This document shows positions 19,701 through 29,795 of a stretch of DNA of 64,000 nucleotides, one piece after another. The notes under the pieces are model-generated. The model worked only from the letters and a program-made list of their open reading frames with translations. It was not told the origin of the DNA and did no database searches. Positions within the stretch are counted from its first letter, which is position 1; each line of letters starts with the position of its first letter. A program made the translations under genes and the position numbers. Source of the DNA: a virus; the IMG/VR virus record IMGVR_UViG_3300022752_002834, positions 1 through 64,000 of that record, one strand, 5' to 3'.

Positions 19701-22700
19701 TATGGAGTTACCTCAACCAATATTATTATCGATAGTGGCAATAGCAATTTGGTAATTGGTCATTGTGACGCAAGTGGTATTGGAACAAATATATTTGTAC
19801 ATGAGATTGGATTATCTATACCACCAAGCATAAATGGTGAAGCAAATAGATCACTAAAGCGCACAACTTTTAAATCTTTCTTTGATAGTCATGGTCACAC
19901 ATTCTTACACAATACAGCCTTAAACACAAAGCTTAATTTACCAGAATTCGTAAATAAAGATACCTCGTCTTGGAAGCTTGGTGATTTTAAGATTTGCTCG
20001 TTTTCACCAGACTTTGATAGTTTCACCAAGAGAGTTGGTCAAGATTATATTATTCATAGACTAAAGCATGATGGTCTTGGTTATGGAAATACCACTAATT
20101 TTCCACTACCATCAAGCCTGTACGCATCTGGTTTAGCTTATCATACACAAATCGAAAACGATTTCTTAAGATTTAACCTTCAAAATATTCCAGATGTTAA
20201 TCCAGAATTCTATACTACTCAGCAAAGAATATGCAAAACACTACCAAGGGGATATGACTTTAAAGAAGGATCATTGGTTGTAGAAAGCATAATAGAACAT
20301 GAAACTTTCAATAATTTGGTTTGGTCTGACAGCAAGATTGGTCCAAAACTAATAGTTAGTTTGTATAGTAAAAATCAAGATCCAGTTAATAGACCAAGTA
20401 AAGTCAACTGGGGTCTTGTTAATAGATCGATTCATTATCTTAAGCCTTCTGGATGTTGGCAGAAACTTAGAAGCACATTTAATTATGATGATTTAGTAGA
20501 TACATCAGAACCTTGGGCAAATTTTGATCTAGATAATATTAGATCAGAGTTTGATCATAAATACTATTCTACAGATATCAATGATATGTTCTTGCAATAT
20601 GATTTGGCGTATCCATCTGGATCACCATTTGACTCATCCATCAAGATACATAGCGTCACAGTTAAGCTAGAAGACGCATTAACATACTTTGCCGACTCAA
20701 ACAATTCAGTAAATCTATTTGCTAGCGGAGAAAAAGTCTCTAGATCAGATGTTAATCTTTATACATATGGTTTAGATTATGAGTTTAATGGAGTAAACCT
20801 ATACGTAAGCGGTCAAGCTTGGCCCACAACTTCTTCAAATATCAATCTTGCTTTATTTGGAGTCAAAGGTATTGAATACAACGACCTATACTTATTCACA
20901 AAAAATAGTGGTATTATTATAGACTCTATTCCAATTTATGTGTCTGGTGGCAATCCAAGACAAGAAACTAGTATTAGTCTTGTAATGTCCGATAACACTC
21001 TTGATCAAACCAGATATTCTTCAGTTCAACTTTACGTAAAGAATAGAGGGATTGAAGAATCAAAGAACTCTCTGTTCTTAGTACAGCCAGAAACTTTCTC
21101 AACATTTAGTCCATTTAACTCTGGATTAATGAGTTTAGTTACATTTAATGAACAAGTAATTACATATAGTACAAGTGAAAACTTTAGCCTATATATTAAT
21201 ACTGATCCATTGTATTCAGCATTATCTGGCTCGCTAAGTTTATTTACAATCAATTATCCAGCCTTCAATCAACAATTTAATCAGCAAGCCTCTATTACTT
21301 GGAATGAAAATAATATTGGCAAAAGTATTTCTGCGTCCGACAACGATAAGGCATTTCTAAGTGCAGATGATGAGATTAGAGGCGTTGACCTACTCTGCTA
21401 TGGAGTGTGTGATACAGAAAACGCTTGCAAAGAAAAACCAATTTATCTACACGATGAATACTGGTATAACGAAAATAGCTGCATACAGGGCGGCATACTT
21501 AGAGTTAAAGATACATATACAAATCTAAATGTTAGTGGGTTTAATAGTCCTATAGGATATAGCGGTCATTTCTATGGTATAAGAAAGTATGATGGTTTAA
21601 TACCAAACGCTCCATACAATGTAACAGTTACAACAAAAACTGGCAACAATCAATCTATACCATTACCAAGAGAATTTGTAGAACTTGACTATGGCTCTAA
21701 CGAGTACGTAAATTACTCTGGTATCAAGTTAACTGCCGATAATGAACGGCAATCTGGAAATAAATATGGCAAATCAGTAGCAGCTAAATACGATCTAATG
21801 GCTATTGGAGCGCCATTCCAAACTGTTCCATATTCTGAATATGATTCTTCTGGTAATCTTTCCACGATAAATCTACAAGAAGCCGGATCGGTATTTATTT
21901 ATAGAAGAGAAGCAAGACCATCTGGTAGCACTTGGTCCAACGATAAACATAAATCGCCTTGGGCTTTAGAAACACAATTAACATTACCGTCTGGTCTTCT
22001 AAAAGATTATCCAACAAATATCTATAGATCAACAATAAATGGCATAGAATTGCCATATCCAATAACAGAAAGATTTTGGAATGTTGGTCAAGAAGGAAGA
22101 CAGTTTGGGCATTCATTAGATATCGCTGTTAATAACAGTCTAACTTCTTTCCAAGAATCTAAGAAAGAGGTTATTGTTGTTGGTGGCCCATCAGCAAAAT
22201 GGAATAGAGACTTTGAAGATTTAGCCACATCTGGAGTTTCAATAGGTCTGATTATATTTACTGATGAATTTACTCCAAGCCTACCAGATCCATCAAACCC
22301 AAGAAAAAATATATCATATACTAAGATATTAGAGACTATTCAAAACAAAGATCTAATATTCCAATATTTCTCTAATCCACCCGTTAGATTTGATGTAAAA
22401 TTATTAATTTGTGAACCAATCGCTGGTGACTCTACAATAACAACATTAGATTTTCCAGAACCAAAACCATCGTTCATTACAAAGAAAAGAATTCCACGCA
22501 ATGAAGGAATAGTTACAGAAGAGGATACATTAGCTGTTTTTAGTGGAATCAAATTAGCTTTTGAAGAAGCCTTCCCATACGACAACGCTAAAATCCATAA
22601 CAATATTCCTGTTATGCTGGGAGTTTACGTTGATAATTCAAGATCACTAGGACGATCCGCTGTAAATCCAGCATTAGATAGATTCCTTCAATATTATCAA

Positions 22701-25700
22701 AATTATAGTTTCGCCAGCGGTCTACAAGATTTCTATGGAATCGCATCTTCTGGCTCTGTTTATGAATACGTTCCAGAGTCTGTTGGATCAGAAGATTGGA
22801 TTTCAATGTCTAATCTAATACTAAATCAATTATTGGATACTGGACGTTTAGTTACAGATAATCAAGTAAGATTTATTACATCTGGGGTTGGTCCAGAGTC
22901 TTTCAATACCAACCTAACGCAGTTCAACCATCCTCCCGCTAGCGGTGGAAGCGTCTATGTTTTTGAAAAAGAAAGTGGGGTATGGAATCTCATTCAAGAG
23001 ATTAAATCTCCAGAAGTTTCTTATACCAGCTATGACAGATTCGGACACGCTGTAGCAATTAGTGAAGATACAAATATTATAGCCGTAGGATCTCCATATA
23101 TTAATGATGCTTGCAAAGTATACCAGTATCGTGAATCAGAAAAAGAAAGACTATTTAACTCACTATATTCTTGGATAACGCATAAGAATTCGCTTGCTGG
23201 TGGATTAGATCAAAGATACTCAAACCTTGTTGATGACTATGCATCGTGGCTAGAAACATACGGATTTAGTTATAGCAATCAAATCCTATACTCAAAACTT
23301 ACCGCAACCGAAAAGTTCGAAGCAAGAGACTATCTAGAAATCGAAGAGTACGAGAATATTTTCACATATCACTATAAAGATATTCCATATGTTGGTACTT
23401 GGGAATTTATTCCACAAACATTTGCTCCAACATCAAGACTTGGCTATAGTGTTGCGGTGAATGACGATGGTAGTACTATTGCAATAGGCGCTCCAACAGA
23501 TAGCTTTAATGCTTTTGATGATTTTAATGTATATTACAAGAATGATGGATATCTTGACCCACTAAATATAGACAATATAAATGGCTTTATTAGACCAAGC
23601 TGGAAATCAAATGTAAATGCTGGCGCTGTTAGACTGCTTGAATCAAGAGATTATTATCCGCACACCAAAGCGGTAGAGTTTGGTAAGTTTGGTAACTTGC
23701 AAGAAAATCTAAATGACCCACTAGATTCTGGTCATTTCAATTATTTATCGACTATATTTCGAGACAAAGACTTTGTTAAAACGCCATTTGATCAAGTATC
23801 AATTCCATCCGACGCTGGATTAGCTTTTGTTATCACGCCACAAATAGATGCTGTGAGCGATGAAGTAATGAACAACATTATTTCTTGGTTGGCACTTGGA
23901 GATAGGAATCTTGTTTTGGTAGGTAATGATCCTATTTGGGAGAGTAGTGGCGTATATCAAACATCCAATGCTATTATTAACAAAATTCTACAAAGACTTA
24001 ATTCTAGAATGAGATTGTATCCGGCTAAGAATCAATATCAGTCTTTGCCATCTGGTAATTCTTTAATCATTCCATCATATATTCCTAAAAATTCAACTGG
24101 ATCATATATTAATCCACTAGAATTAGATACAGGATATGGTGTCGCGGATATCAGAATACATTTACCCGGATATAGCAAATTTATGCCATGTGCTGAAAAT
24201 GGTATAAATGATCAGTGTGCATTACCATTGATTGATAAGGGTGACTTAAGAGCAGAGTGGAAAGCCTCTTGCGTCACAGAATCTTGTGGTTCTCGCACAC
24301 TAGAGTATGCTGTAAATTGGCCTTTTATATTCAAAACATTTACGCCACAATGCTGCGAAGTAGAGTTAGAAACTATAAATGCTGATAGATTTGATCTATC
24401 AAATTTAGAACCAGTACCATTATTAGCAGCTGGTGAAATAGGTACTAGATCTAGAATAATTCCAGCTGTTCCAGAAACTTATATAGATGTACCGATTCTT
24501 GAAGATAGAATAGCATCCACCGCTATTACCTCATACATCTTCGATGAAGATAATATTCAGCCAAGTGCATCTTTTATATATTCTGCTTCTATAAGTGGTT
24601 ATTCTTCATACACACAAAATATAGATGGTGTATCTGATCCATTCTATAGACCATCCGTAATTGAAGATAGGCAATCATTACTACAAGCAAGAGCATTCCC
24701 AATAACAGATACATTGTTTGGTAGACAGTTAGTTTCATCGGTTGGTAGATTTTGCGTTGAACAAACTTTTGGATCCTCAAAGATCATCGCTATAGCAAAT
24801 ATAACATCAGAATCAAAAGACTCATTATTATCTGGACTTGGAGATAATGCCATAAATCTTTATTCTAATCTTGTTGCTAAGAATTCTAGCGGTTCAGCTA
24901 TTATAGCACAGCTTGGTGGATGGACAGGAAGAACTAGCTTTATAGACGCATATACTGAATCTATACTAAATGATGTATTTAGAAATTGTGGAAACGATGT
25001 TAAGCTTAATGTACTTAACTTATCAGCATCTGATGATGTTTGCTGGATTGCTAATCCTATTGGACTCCCATCAGAAGAACAAGTTTTAGATATTAAGGCT
25101 TGGCTTAACACTGGTAATAAAAAGTTAGTTATAACTCATGATAGCACAATTCAACAAATTATCAAGGTAAATAACATACTAAGTCTTCTTGACTCAAATA
25201 TACAATCGCTATACTTACCAGTAAAAGAAGAATACGCTTCTGCAATAGGGTTGGGTTTTGTAAATCAAAATCATCCAGTTGGTCAAGGGTTTGGGCTTTA
25301 TCCGATATCCGAGTTCTTTATAAGAGATAATTTTGTGCCATTTGACACTGGCATAAATATTGTTGATATATGCTCAACTGCTTTACCAATATATGATACA
25401 AAAATAATTTCTGACGGATACTGGAAGATAGATTCTGGTATAGATCATATAGTATTTCCAGCAGTTGCTGGATCTGGCTATAGGATGTTTATAGATATTA
25501 TTTCAGAAAATCAATACGAAACACAGCCATTGACACTATATGTTAAAAATGGCGTTGAACGACCAAAAACACCATTCCCAGATCAATCGCTACTAAGAAC
25601 AGTGTCCATAAAAGAAACATTGTTATCTGATATAGGACCGATAAAAGATCTACAAACAAATATTCAAAATACTGTTAGAACACTCTCTTTTGATGTTCAA

Positions 25701-28037
25701 GTTAAAGAGAGCGCAAACACGCTAGAGCTATACATCAATAGTATAGTGCCTAGAATAAATCAAACAGATTATATTCCAAAAACCATTAGATTACTATCTG
25801 TTTCTGGCGTTGCTATGCCAGTTAAACAAGTCACTATACAAAATAATAGACCATACAAAGAATTAATAGGATACACTGGACAAAAGACAGCCGACGCTCA
25901 ACCAGAAATTACAATCATTGAACCGATAATATCACAGATATCATCTTTAAATGACAGATATTGCTATGATCAAGATTGTTTAGAGTTGGGCCTCGGTAAC
26001 AAGTATATAGCCGATGGGCCAGTTGTTGTAGCGCAAGAGGTAGAATCAATATCATCATTTAATGCTGGTGTGGCTAGATCAAGAATAACTGTTATCAGTG
26101 ATTCTAGTTTAGTTCAAGGAAGATTTATGTCTGATGAATTTGGTAGAATGTCGGCAAATACTGTGGCATTCTTATCAAGTTTATATCCAGAAACACAGTT
26201 CCCATCAGATATTAGTGGCAAACAATACATTAACTTTACAAAGATAGTTGGCCCAGAAAGAGGAAGTCCACAAAAATATCTATCGTTACGTTCTAATGTT
26301 GGATCAAGATATAGATTTAACAATAACGGATCTGCTGCTAGCATATCTTCTTTTGATAGCAAAGAATCAATGTATGATCCAAGATATGTTCTAAGAACAG
26401 AACTTCCTTGGACAGAAGACACACCAGAAATATTAAAAGAACAACTCCGAAATTTTGAAATACAAGAATTCGCATCCGATCTGCTTAATTATGGAGCGAC
26501 TACAAAATTTAGTGGTGTAATAAACTCTCAAACATACATGGATACAGGTATTGCTGGTGGAATTCCAGATATTATGAAAGACACTGGAAGTGACTATCTT
26601 GATTTTGATGTATTTACATCCGGCTTCCCCGGAGACTTGTTTGGGTTTGCGGTTTCACTTCATAAGAATAAGTTGGTTATTGGTGCTCCATTTACAGCGT
26701 TCTCAGACGAAGAAATTCATAACTGGCAATACTATCTGGATACTAATGGTCAATCTGGAATAGAATTGTCTTACAATGGTGGCGCTGGCGCGGTGTACGT
26801 TTACGAGAAAACATTCAATGGTAGTGGCATTAGAAATACAAAAACTCCTTGGGAGTTGATACAGAAGATTAGACCTTCCTCCATCAATATTGGTCAAGAT
26901 CTTTCTAATAGTGGAAATTCTCAATCCTACTTATCGCTTGGCCCAAATAGTTATACATCTAACTATTTAAATCAATTTAGCACTGTAACCGACCAGTTCG
27001 GGTACGACGTTAGTATAGATTCTGATATTATAGTTGTCGGCGCTCCCGGTCATGATTTTGATAAGTATTCATATGATACTTATAATTCTGGATCTTATAT
27101 ACGTAAAGCTTTCAATTCAGAATTTAATATTCCTTTAAGGACGTTATTAGAGCTTGGTAACTCTGGGGTTAGAAACACTATTGGTAGTGGTAATTCTGTA
27201 CTCAATAATGGAGCCATATTTACTTTTGAAAATAAGGTTATTGATTGGCCCTCTAGAACAACAAAGTGGGTTTTTGTTGAGAAAATTCTTCAGCAAGGAT
27301 CAAAAGCAAGAGAACGATATTCGATATCGGCTTCTGGAACAGAAAATGAAAATTTTGGTCGATCAGTTTATGTTCATAGATCAAATCGTTCAGACTCTGA
27401 TTATATAGTTGTTGGCGGGGCTGAGAAACATATTTATTCATCTAGCGGAAATGCTCCATTAGCAAATGCTGGCGCTGCTTATTCTAATGATATTATGTTA
27501 AGAGACTCTTATCCGGCCATAGCAAATCCAAATACATACATAGATGCTAAAGTGTTTGGAGAGCGTGACGCAAGTAACAATCCAACTGTGCTGATAGTTA
27601 CTACTAATTCTATTAGTAATCAATTGTATTATGCTTCTGGAATAGTATATTCCGACGAGAACGGGGCAATATTCCTAGAGGCTTCTGGTCAAGATCCAGC
27701 ATCGCGTGGTTTTATACAGCATAGGCCATTCGTAGTTTCAGTAGACGGTCTTTATAGATACGGCACATCAAACAGTGGAAATATACCATTATTTATAGAT
27801 TCTACTGCTATAAACAACGAAAATATGAATCTTTTCATTGGTTCTACAACTGGAAACGTGTATAATAACATAGGATTGTACAATAGCGCGATTGCGAACT
27901 TTGGATCTGGCATCGTAAATTTCTATACCGATTGTCCAGATCCTACGCAAATAATTGAATCTGGTTTACCATTGTTTACCGCTAGTGGGATAGGACTTAG
28001 CACTGATACATTAAATATGCGCGTCAGAGGAAAATAA
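16764..28037 (+). CDS. Giant tail/adhesin-like protein with a LamG-like domain and FG-GAP repeats
   Basis: 3757 aa. NINFGN...GFSLYIRFTP...IASKYD is ConA/LamG-like. Seven (F/Y/L)GxxV...GAP/GSP/GGP-type blades with AGAVYV-type partners. Confidence 0.75.
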   Translation: MSDCFICVNNHSLKVDGSSKIRANATLSNVLSGRLGGVAKINPNKIQQPALLKGKFSGSGKILGKPKLSHNLRALGAVEIVDIKAHLVVNGVARSRLSSSININDLYADKFGGNIDGLNDIDNFASVQKLYPIRDITTSLNNSYFVNKNLSSGNLYQSIDEGIFTGNYNQNLKQSNRISDDNLSFIQPSSVFTSGTFRYKCEVNKPYHHPKNSFLFIRASAPLSNYGSNIAPEYRIHNIKLEDPSGNLIIKYKEVFLRGDADYTNNYINYSTYISEPLINNANLHSWDENYPILGAASGYTLSMDFDVICLDDPFAEGFDKGYEELVCSVDFLNTSNNDYLSIDGSPMSAQSQGYILNPTNSLRISAIEIGNSGELCSSCSPSGTKYESKLGFYVEVNSIGQRLSRNILPSQVLVNTYDAGIYPEGYSLWRSSPDSFANTADNTSTSGSIVLLNKLQNTSISDYITLINSDPVSDSGRLTLKFSHTPPRYASTLTEGAFGFGNNNFDSAELQSIAETDSFFKIDSIELKVIAKKAIGSDDYVLDILGYSDDRLLNITPKIGAFLQNAESGVGLIPSVSGFRGVDDLALSAESISDKASYYENPITSVSAGDHYLLSSLPVISGTTFQEYTIPLNIYLDSNQLGNATDYSLSSYFENLYLDLYPIPTGASISTVQLIIYYKPSNGLMLHTLGTPSSKELGLKDIKLLPLGRESSDDILINSDVGDERLSYISGIPHGYGEQTTLKTNYSRRWRGVDGNVVNGPYYPAAFDFSFYNPEANNPFLDGYYDLTNISGDFIVSDDYAHSGYYNGSATVLKNIGWRFKNTQLFPHNTDYTTIDWTQSGDPLYGKICDAFDSALRVSGEFGNINFGNVPTNSGFSLYIRFTPDYNMSGVNYNLFNSGVIASKYDSGQELEFWFGFENERLTLKAKDINTNGSPLVSISDSKTYDQYQYPLSTLIYYTPGAMAILAYNEIDDNAGSAYGVTSTNIIIDSGNSNLVIGHCDASGIGTNIFVHEIGLSIPPSINGEANRSLKRTTFKSFFDSHGHTFLHNTALNTKLNLPEFVNKDTSSWKLGDFKICSFSPDFDSFTKRVGQDYIIHRLKHDGLGYGNTTNFPLPSSLYASGLAYHTQIENDFLRFNLQNIPDVNPEFYTTQQRICKTLPRGYDFKEGSLVVESIIEHETFNNLVWSDSKIGPKLIVSLYSKNQDPVNRPSKVNWGLVNRSIHYLKPSGCWQKLRSTFNYDDLVDTSEPWANFDLDNIRSEFDHKYYSTDINDMFLQYDLAYPSGSPFDSSIKIHSVTVKLEDALTYFADSNNSVNLFASGEKVSRSDVNLYTYGLDYEFNGVNLYVSGQAWPTTSSNINLALFGVKGIEYNDLYLFTKNSGIIIDSIPIYVSGGNPRQETSISLVMSDNTLDQTRYSSVQLYVKNRGIEESKNSLFLVQPETFSTFSPFNSGLMSLVTFNEQVITYSTSENFSLYINTDPLYSALSGSLSLFTINYPAFNQQFNQQASITWNENNIGKSISASDNDKAFLSADDEIRGVDLLCYGVCDTENACKEKPIYLHDEYWYNENSCIQGGILRVKDTYTNLNVSGFNSPIGYSGHFYGIRKYDGLIPNAPYNVTVTTKTGNNQSIPLPREFVELDYGSNEYVNYSGIKLTADNERQSGNKYGKSVAAKYDLMAIGAPFQTVPYSEYDSSGNLSTINLQEAGSVFIYRREARPSGSTWSNDKHKSPWALETQLTLPSGLLKDYPTNIYRSTINGIELPYPITERFWNVGQEGRQFGHSLDIAVNNSLTSFQESKKEVIVVGGPSAKWNRDFEDLATSGVSIGLIIFTDEFTPSLPDPSNPRKNISYTKILETIQNKDLIFQYFSNPPVRFDVKLLICEPIAGDSTITTLDFPEPKPSFITKKRIPRNEGIVTEEDTLAVFSGIKLAFEEAFPYDNAKIHNNIPVMLGVYVDNSRSLGRSAVNPALDRFLQYYQNYSFASGLQDFYGIASSGSVYEYVPESVGSEDWISMSNLILNQLLDTGRLVTDNQVRFITSGVGPESFNTNLTQFNHPPASGGSVYVFEKESGVWNLIQEIKSPEVSYTSYDRFGHAVAISEDTNIIAVGSPYINDACKVYQYRESEKERLFNSLYSWITHKNSLAGGLDQRYSNLVDDYASWLETYGFSYSNQILYSKLTATEKFEARDYLEIEEYENIFTYHYKDIPYVGTWEFIPQTFAPTSRLGYSVAVNDDGSTIAIGAPTDSFNAFDDFNVYYKNDGYLDPLNIDNINGFIRPSWKSNVNAGAVRLLESRDYYPHTKAVEFGKFGNLQENLNDPLDSGHFNYLSTIFRDKDFVKTPFDQVSIPSDAGLAFVITPQIDAVSDEVMNNIISWLALGDRNLVLVGNDPIWESSGVYQTSNAIINKILQRLNSRMRLYPAKNQYQSLPSGNSLIIPSYIPKNSTGSYINPLELDTGYGVADIRIHLPGYSKFMPCAENGINDQCALPLIDKGDLRAEWKASCVTESCGSRTLEYAVNWPFIFKTFTPQCCEVELETINADRFDLSNLEPVPLLAAGEIGTRSRIIPAVPETYIDVPILEDRIASTAITSYIFDEDNIQPSASFIYSASISGYSSYTQNIDGVSDPFYRPSVIEDRQSLLQARAFPITDTLFGRQLVSSVGRFCVEQTFGSSKIIAIANITSESKDSLLSGLGDNAINLYSNLVAKNSSGSAIIAQLGGWTGRTSFIDAYTESILNDVFRNCGNDVKLNVLNLSASDDVCWIANPIGLPSEEQVLDIKAWLNTGNKKLVITHDSTIQQIIKVNNILSLLDSNIQSLYLPVKEEYASAIGLGFVNQNHPVGQGFGLYPISEFFIRDNFVPFDTGINIVDICSTALPIYDTKIISDGYWKIDSGIDHIVFPAVAGSGYRMFIDIISENQYETQPLTLYVKNGVERPKTPFPDQSLLRTVSIKETLLSDIGPIKDLQTNIQNTVRTLSFDVQVKESANTLELYINSIVPRINQTDYIPKTIRLLSVSGVAMPVKQVTIQNNRPYKELIGYTGQKTADAQPEITIIEPIISQISSLNDRYCYDQDCLELGLGNKYIADGPVVVAQEVESISSFNAGVARSRITVISDSSLVQGRFMSDEFGRMSANTVAFLSSLYPETQFPSDISGKQYINFTKIVGPERGSPQKYLSLRSNVGSRYRFNNNGSAASISSFDSKESMYDPRYVLRTELPWTEDTPEILKEQLRNFEIQEFASDLLNYGATTKFSGVINSQTYMDTGIAGGIPDIMKDTGSDYLDFDVFTSGFPGDLFGFAVSLHKNKLVIGAPFTAFSDEEIHNWQYYLDTNGQSGIELSYNGGAGAVYVYEKTFNGSGIRNTKTPWELIQKIRPSSINIGQDLSNSGNSQSYLSLGPNSYTSNYLNQFSTVTDQFGYDVSIDSDIIVVGAPGHDFDKYSYDTYNSGSYIRKAFNSEFNIPLRTLLELGNSGVRNTIGSGNSVLNNGAIFTFENKVIDWPSRTTKWVFVEKILQQGSKARERYSISASGTENENFGRSVYVHRSNRSDSDYIVVGGAEKHIYSSSGNAPLANAGAAYSNDIMLRDSYPAIANPNTYIDAKVFGERDASNNPTVLIVTTNSISNQLYYASGIVYSDENGAIFLEASGQDPASRGFIQHRPFVVSVDGLYRYGTSNSGNIPLFIDSTAINNENMNLFIGSTTGNVYNNIGLYNSAIANFGSGIVNFYTDCPDPTQIIESGLPLFTASGIGLSTDTLNMRVRGK

Positions 28038-28038
28038 T

Positions 28039-29790
28039 ATGATTATTATTTATGATAAGAATCAAATCGCTAGATTTATTAGACCTTGCCCACTTATTAA
28101 TATTACTTGGAATGGTAATTTTAATGAAACTGGTCCAGCTGGCGGCAGTTATGAAATTACTTTAACCGGTTCATTATTAGACAATGTTGGAAGCCCAATA
28201 TTTTCTTATAATAGTAGAGCTAATCCAGATTACGGCGTAACTTGGGCAAATGCTTATGATCCCAGACCCGGACAACAATTTGTTGCAGATAGCGGTGAAC
28301 TTGGTGCTTTGTTATCTAAACAAGTTGCCATTAGAGAGTTATTTGATAATAAAGGCTTGAAGATTGAGGTTTGTTCTATTGAAGGTGATGAACCAGTAAT
28401 TACCTTTTTCCCGCAGATAACATCTATAAACTTTTCAGAAGGTATTTGGGTTAATAAGTGCGACTATACAATTAGTATGACAGCGCCTTTTCTACTAGAT
28501 AAACAAGAAAAAATTATTGGTTCAGATAGTTATGGTAATGAGGGCTATGGTCCCGGAAGTCCCGGATGGAACGACGGAATACCTAATACTAGATTAACTG
28601 TTCCAGAACTTATGGATAAAGTCGGTGGATTTATTCAAGATTTTCAAGAAAGTTGGTCTTTAGAATCTGAAGATGGAAACGGTAACACGTTTGATCCATA
28701 TACAACCGAAAGTATAACTAGAATATATAGGTTAACAAGAAATATTAGCGCCAAAGGTAAAGATATAACTCCATATACTTCTTTTGATGCATCAGTATCT
28801 AATACAAATAATAGAAATAATAGAGCATATGAACAAGCTAGAAGATATGTAATAAATTATATCCGTGCGAGTGGATCCGCTGCGAATCACTGCGACGATT
28901 ATCCATCCCTAAGATCTTTGCCACCATCTAATGTATTTGGTAGTGGCGCATTTAATCTTAGCTCTTTGATGTATAGTGGTTTTAATCACTCTAGAGTAGA
29001 AAATATAGACGTAACAGCTGGCACATATTCTCTTCAAGATACTTGGATACTTTCAAGTGGAAATGCTTATGAAAACTATTCACTATCTTTATCTAACAAT
29101 ATAACAGACTCACGAAATAAAGTTTCAATAGAAGGCACTATAAAAGGTTTAACAAGCATACCAGCCAGTGGAGTTATTTTTGGTGGAAATGCAAATGTCC
29201 CATTAAATACTCCGTATGAAAATGCTATAAACAAATATAGACAAATAACAAACGATGGAGCTTTTGGAATTAGCGCTTGGGTTTTTAAAAGGGCGCAGAA
29301 TGCTGCTGGAGCTTTTAGATTAAACCATATTCCATTGTCTGTTGCTGTTGGTACGAACGAGTTTACTGGAGAAATTACATACTCCATAGAATACGATGAC
29401 CGACCTTTAAATATTATTGATGGCGTTATATCAGAAAACATAAATATAACAGACACATATCCCGGTGACGTTTTTGCTGTTATTCCAGTTATAGGCAGAT
29501 CAACTGGACCAGTACTACAATATATCGGAGGAAGAACTGAATATCAAAGAGCTTTGTCTATAGATATAGTGATTCCACCACCAAGCGGAAACGCAAGAGA
29601 CGTTTTATTACAAAAACCATCACTAAGAAGCCCAACAAGAGAAGGTATTGTAGGAGTTATTAGAAATTGTAATCCGGGGAAAGAGCCGGGGATAAGAAAA
29701 TACTTTTGTTCACCACCTCAAGAAACTTGGGATCCAAAAGAAGGTAGATACTCTTTCAATGTTACTTGGACATACGAACTTAATTATTAA
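28039..29790 (+). CDS. Putative distal tail/baseplate protein
   Basis: 583 aa, beta-rich (ESWSLE, GEITYSIEYD, YSFNVTWTYE), downstream of TMP. Confidence 0.45.
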   Translation: MIIIYDKNQIARFIRPCPLINITWNGNFNETGPAGGSYEITLTGSLLDNVGSPIFSYNSRANPDYGVTWANAYDPRPGQQFVADSGELGALLSKQVAIRELFDNKGLKIEVCSIEGDEPVITFFPQITSINFSEGIWVNKCDYTISMTAPFLLDKQEKIIGSDSYGNEGYGPGSPGWNDGIPNTRLTVPELMDKVGGFIQDFQESWSLESEDGNGNTFDPYTTESITRIYRLTRNISAKGKDITPYTSFDASVSNTNNRNNRAYEQARRYVINYIRASGSAANHCDDYPSLRSLPPSNVFGSGAFNLSSLMYSGFNHSRVENIDVTAGTYSLQDTWILSSGNAYENYSLSLSNNITDSRNKVSIEGTIKGLTSIPASGVIFGGNANVPLNTPYENAINKYRQITNDGAFGISAWVFKRAQNAAGAFRLNHIPLSVAVGTNEFTGEITYSIEYDDRPLNIIDGVISENINITDTYPGDVFAVIPVIGRSTGPVLQYIGGRTEYQRALSIDIVIPPPSGNARDVLLQKPSLRSPTREGIVGVIRNCNPGKEPGIRKYFCSPPQETWDPKEGRYSFNVTWTYELNY

Positions 29791-29795
29791 ACATC

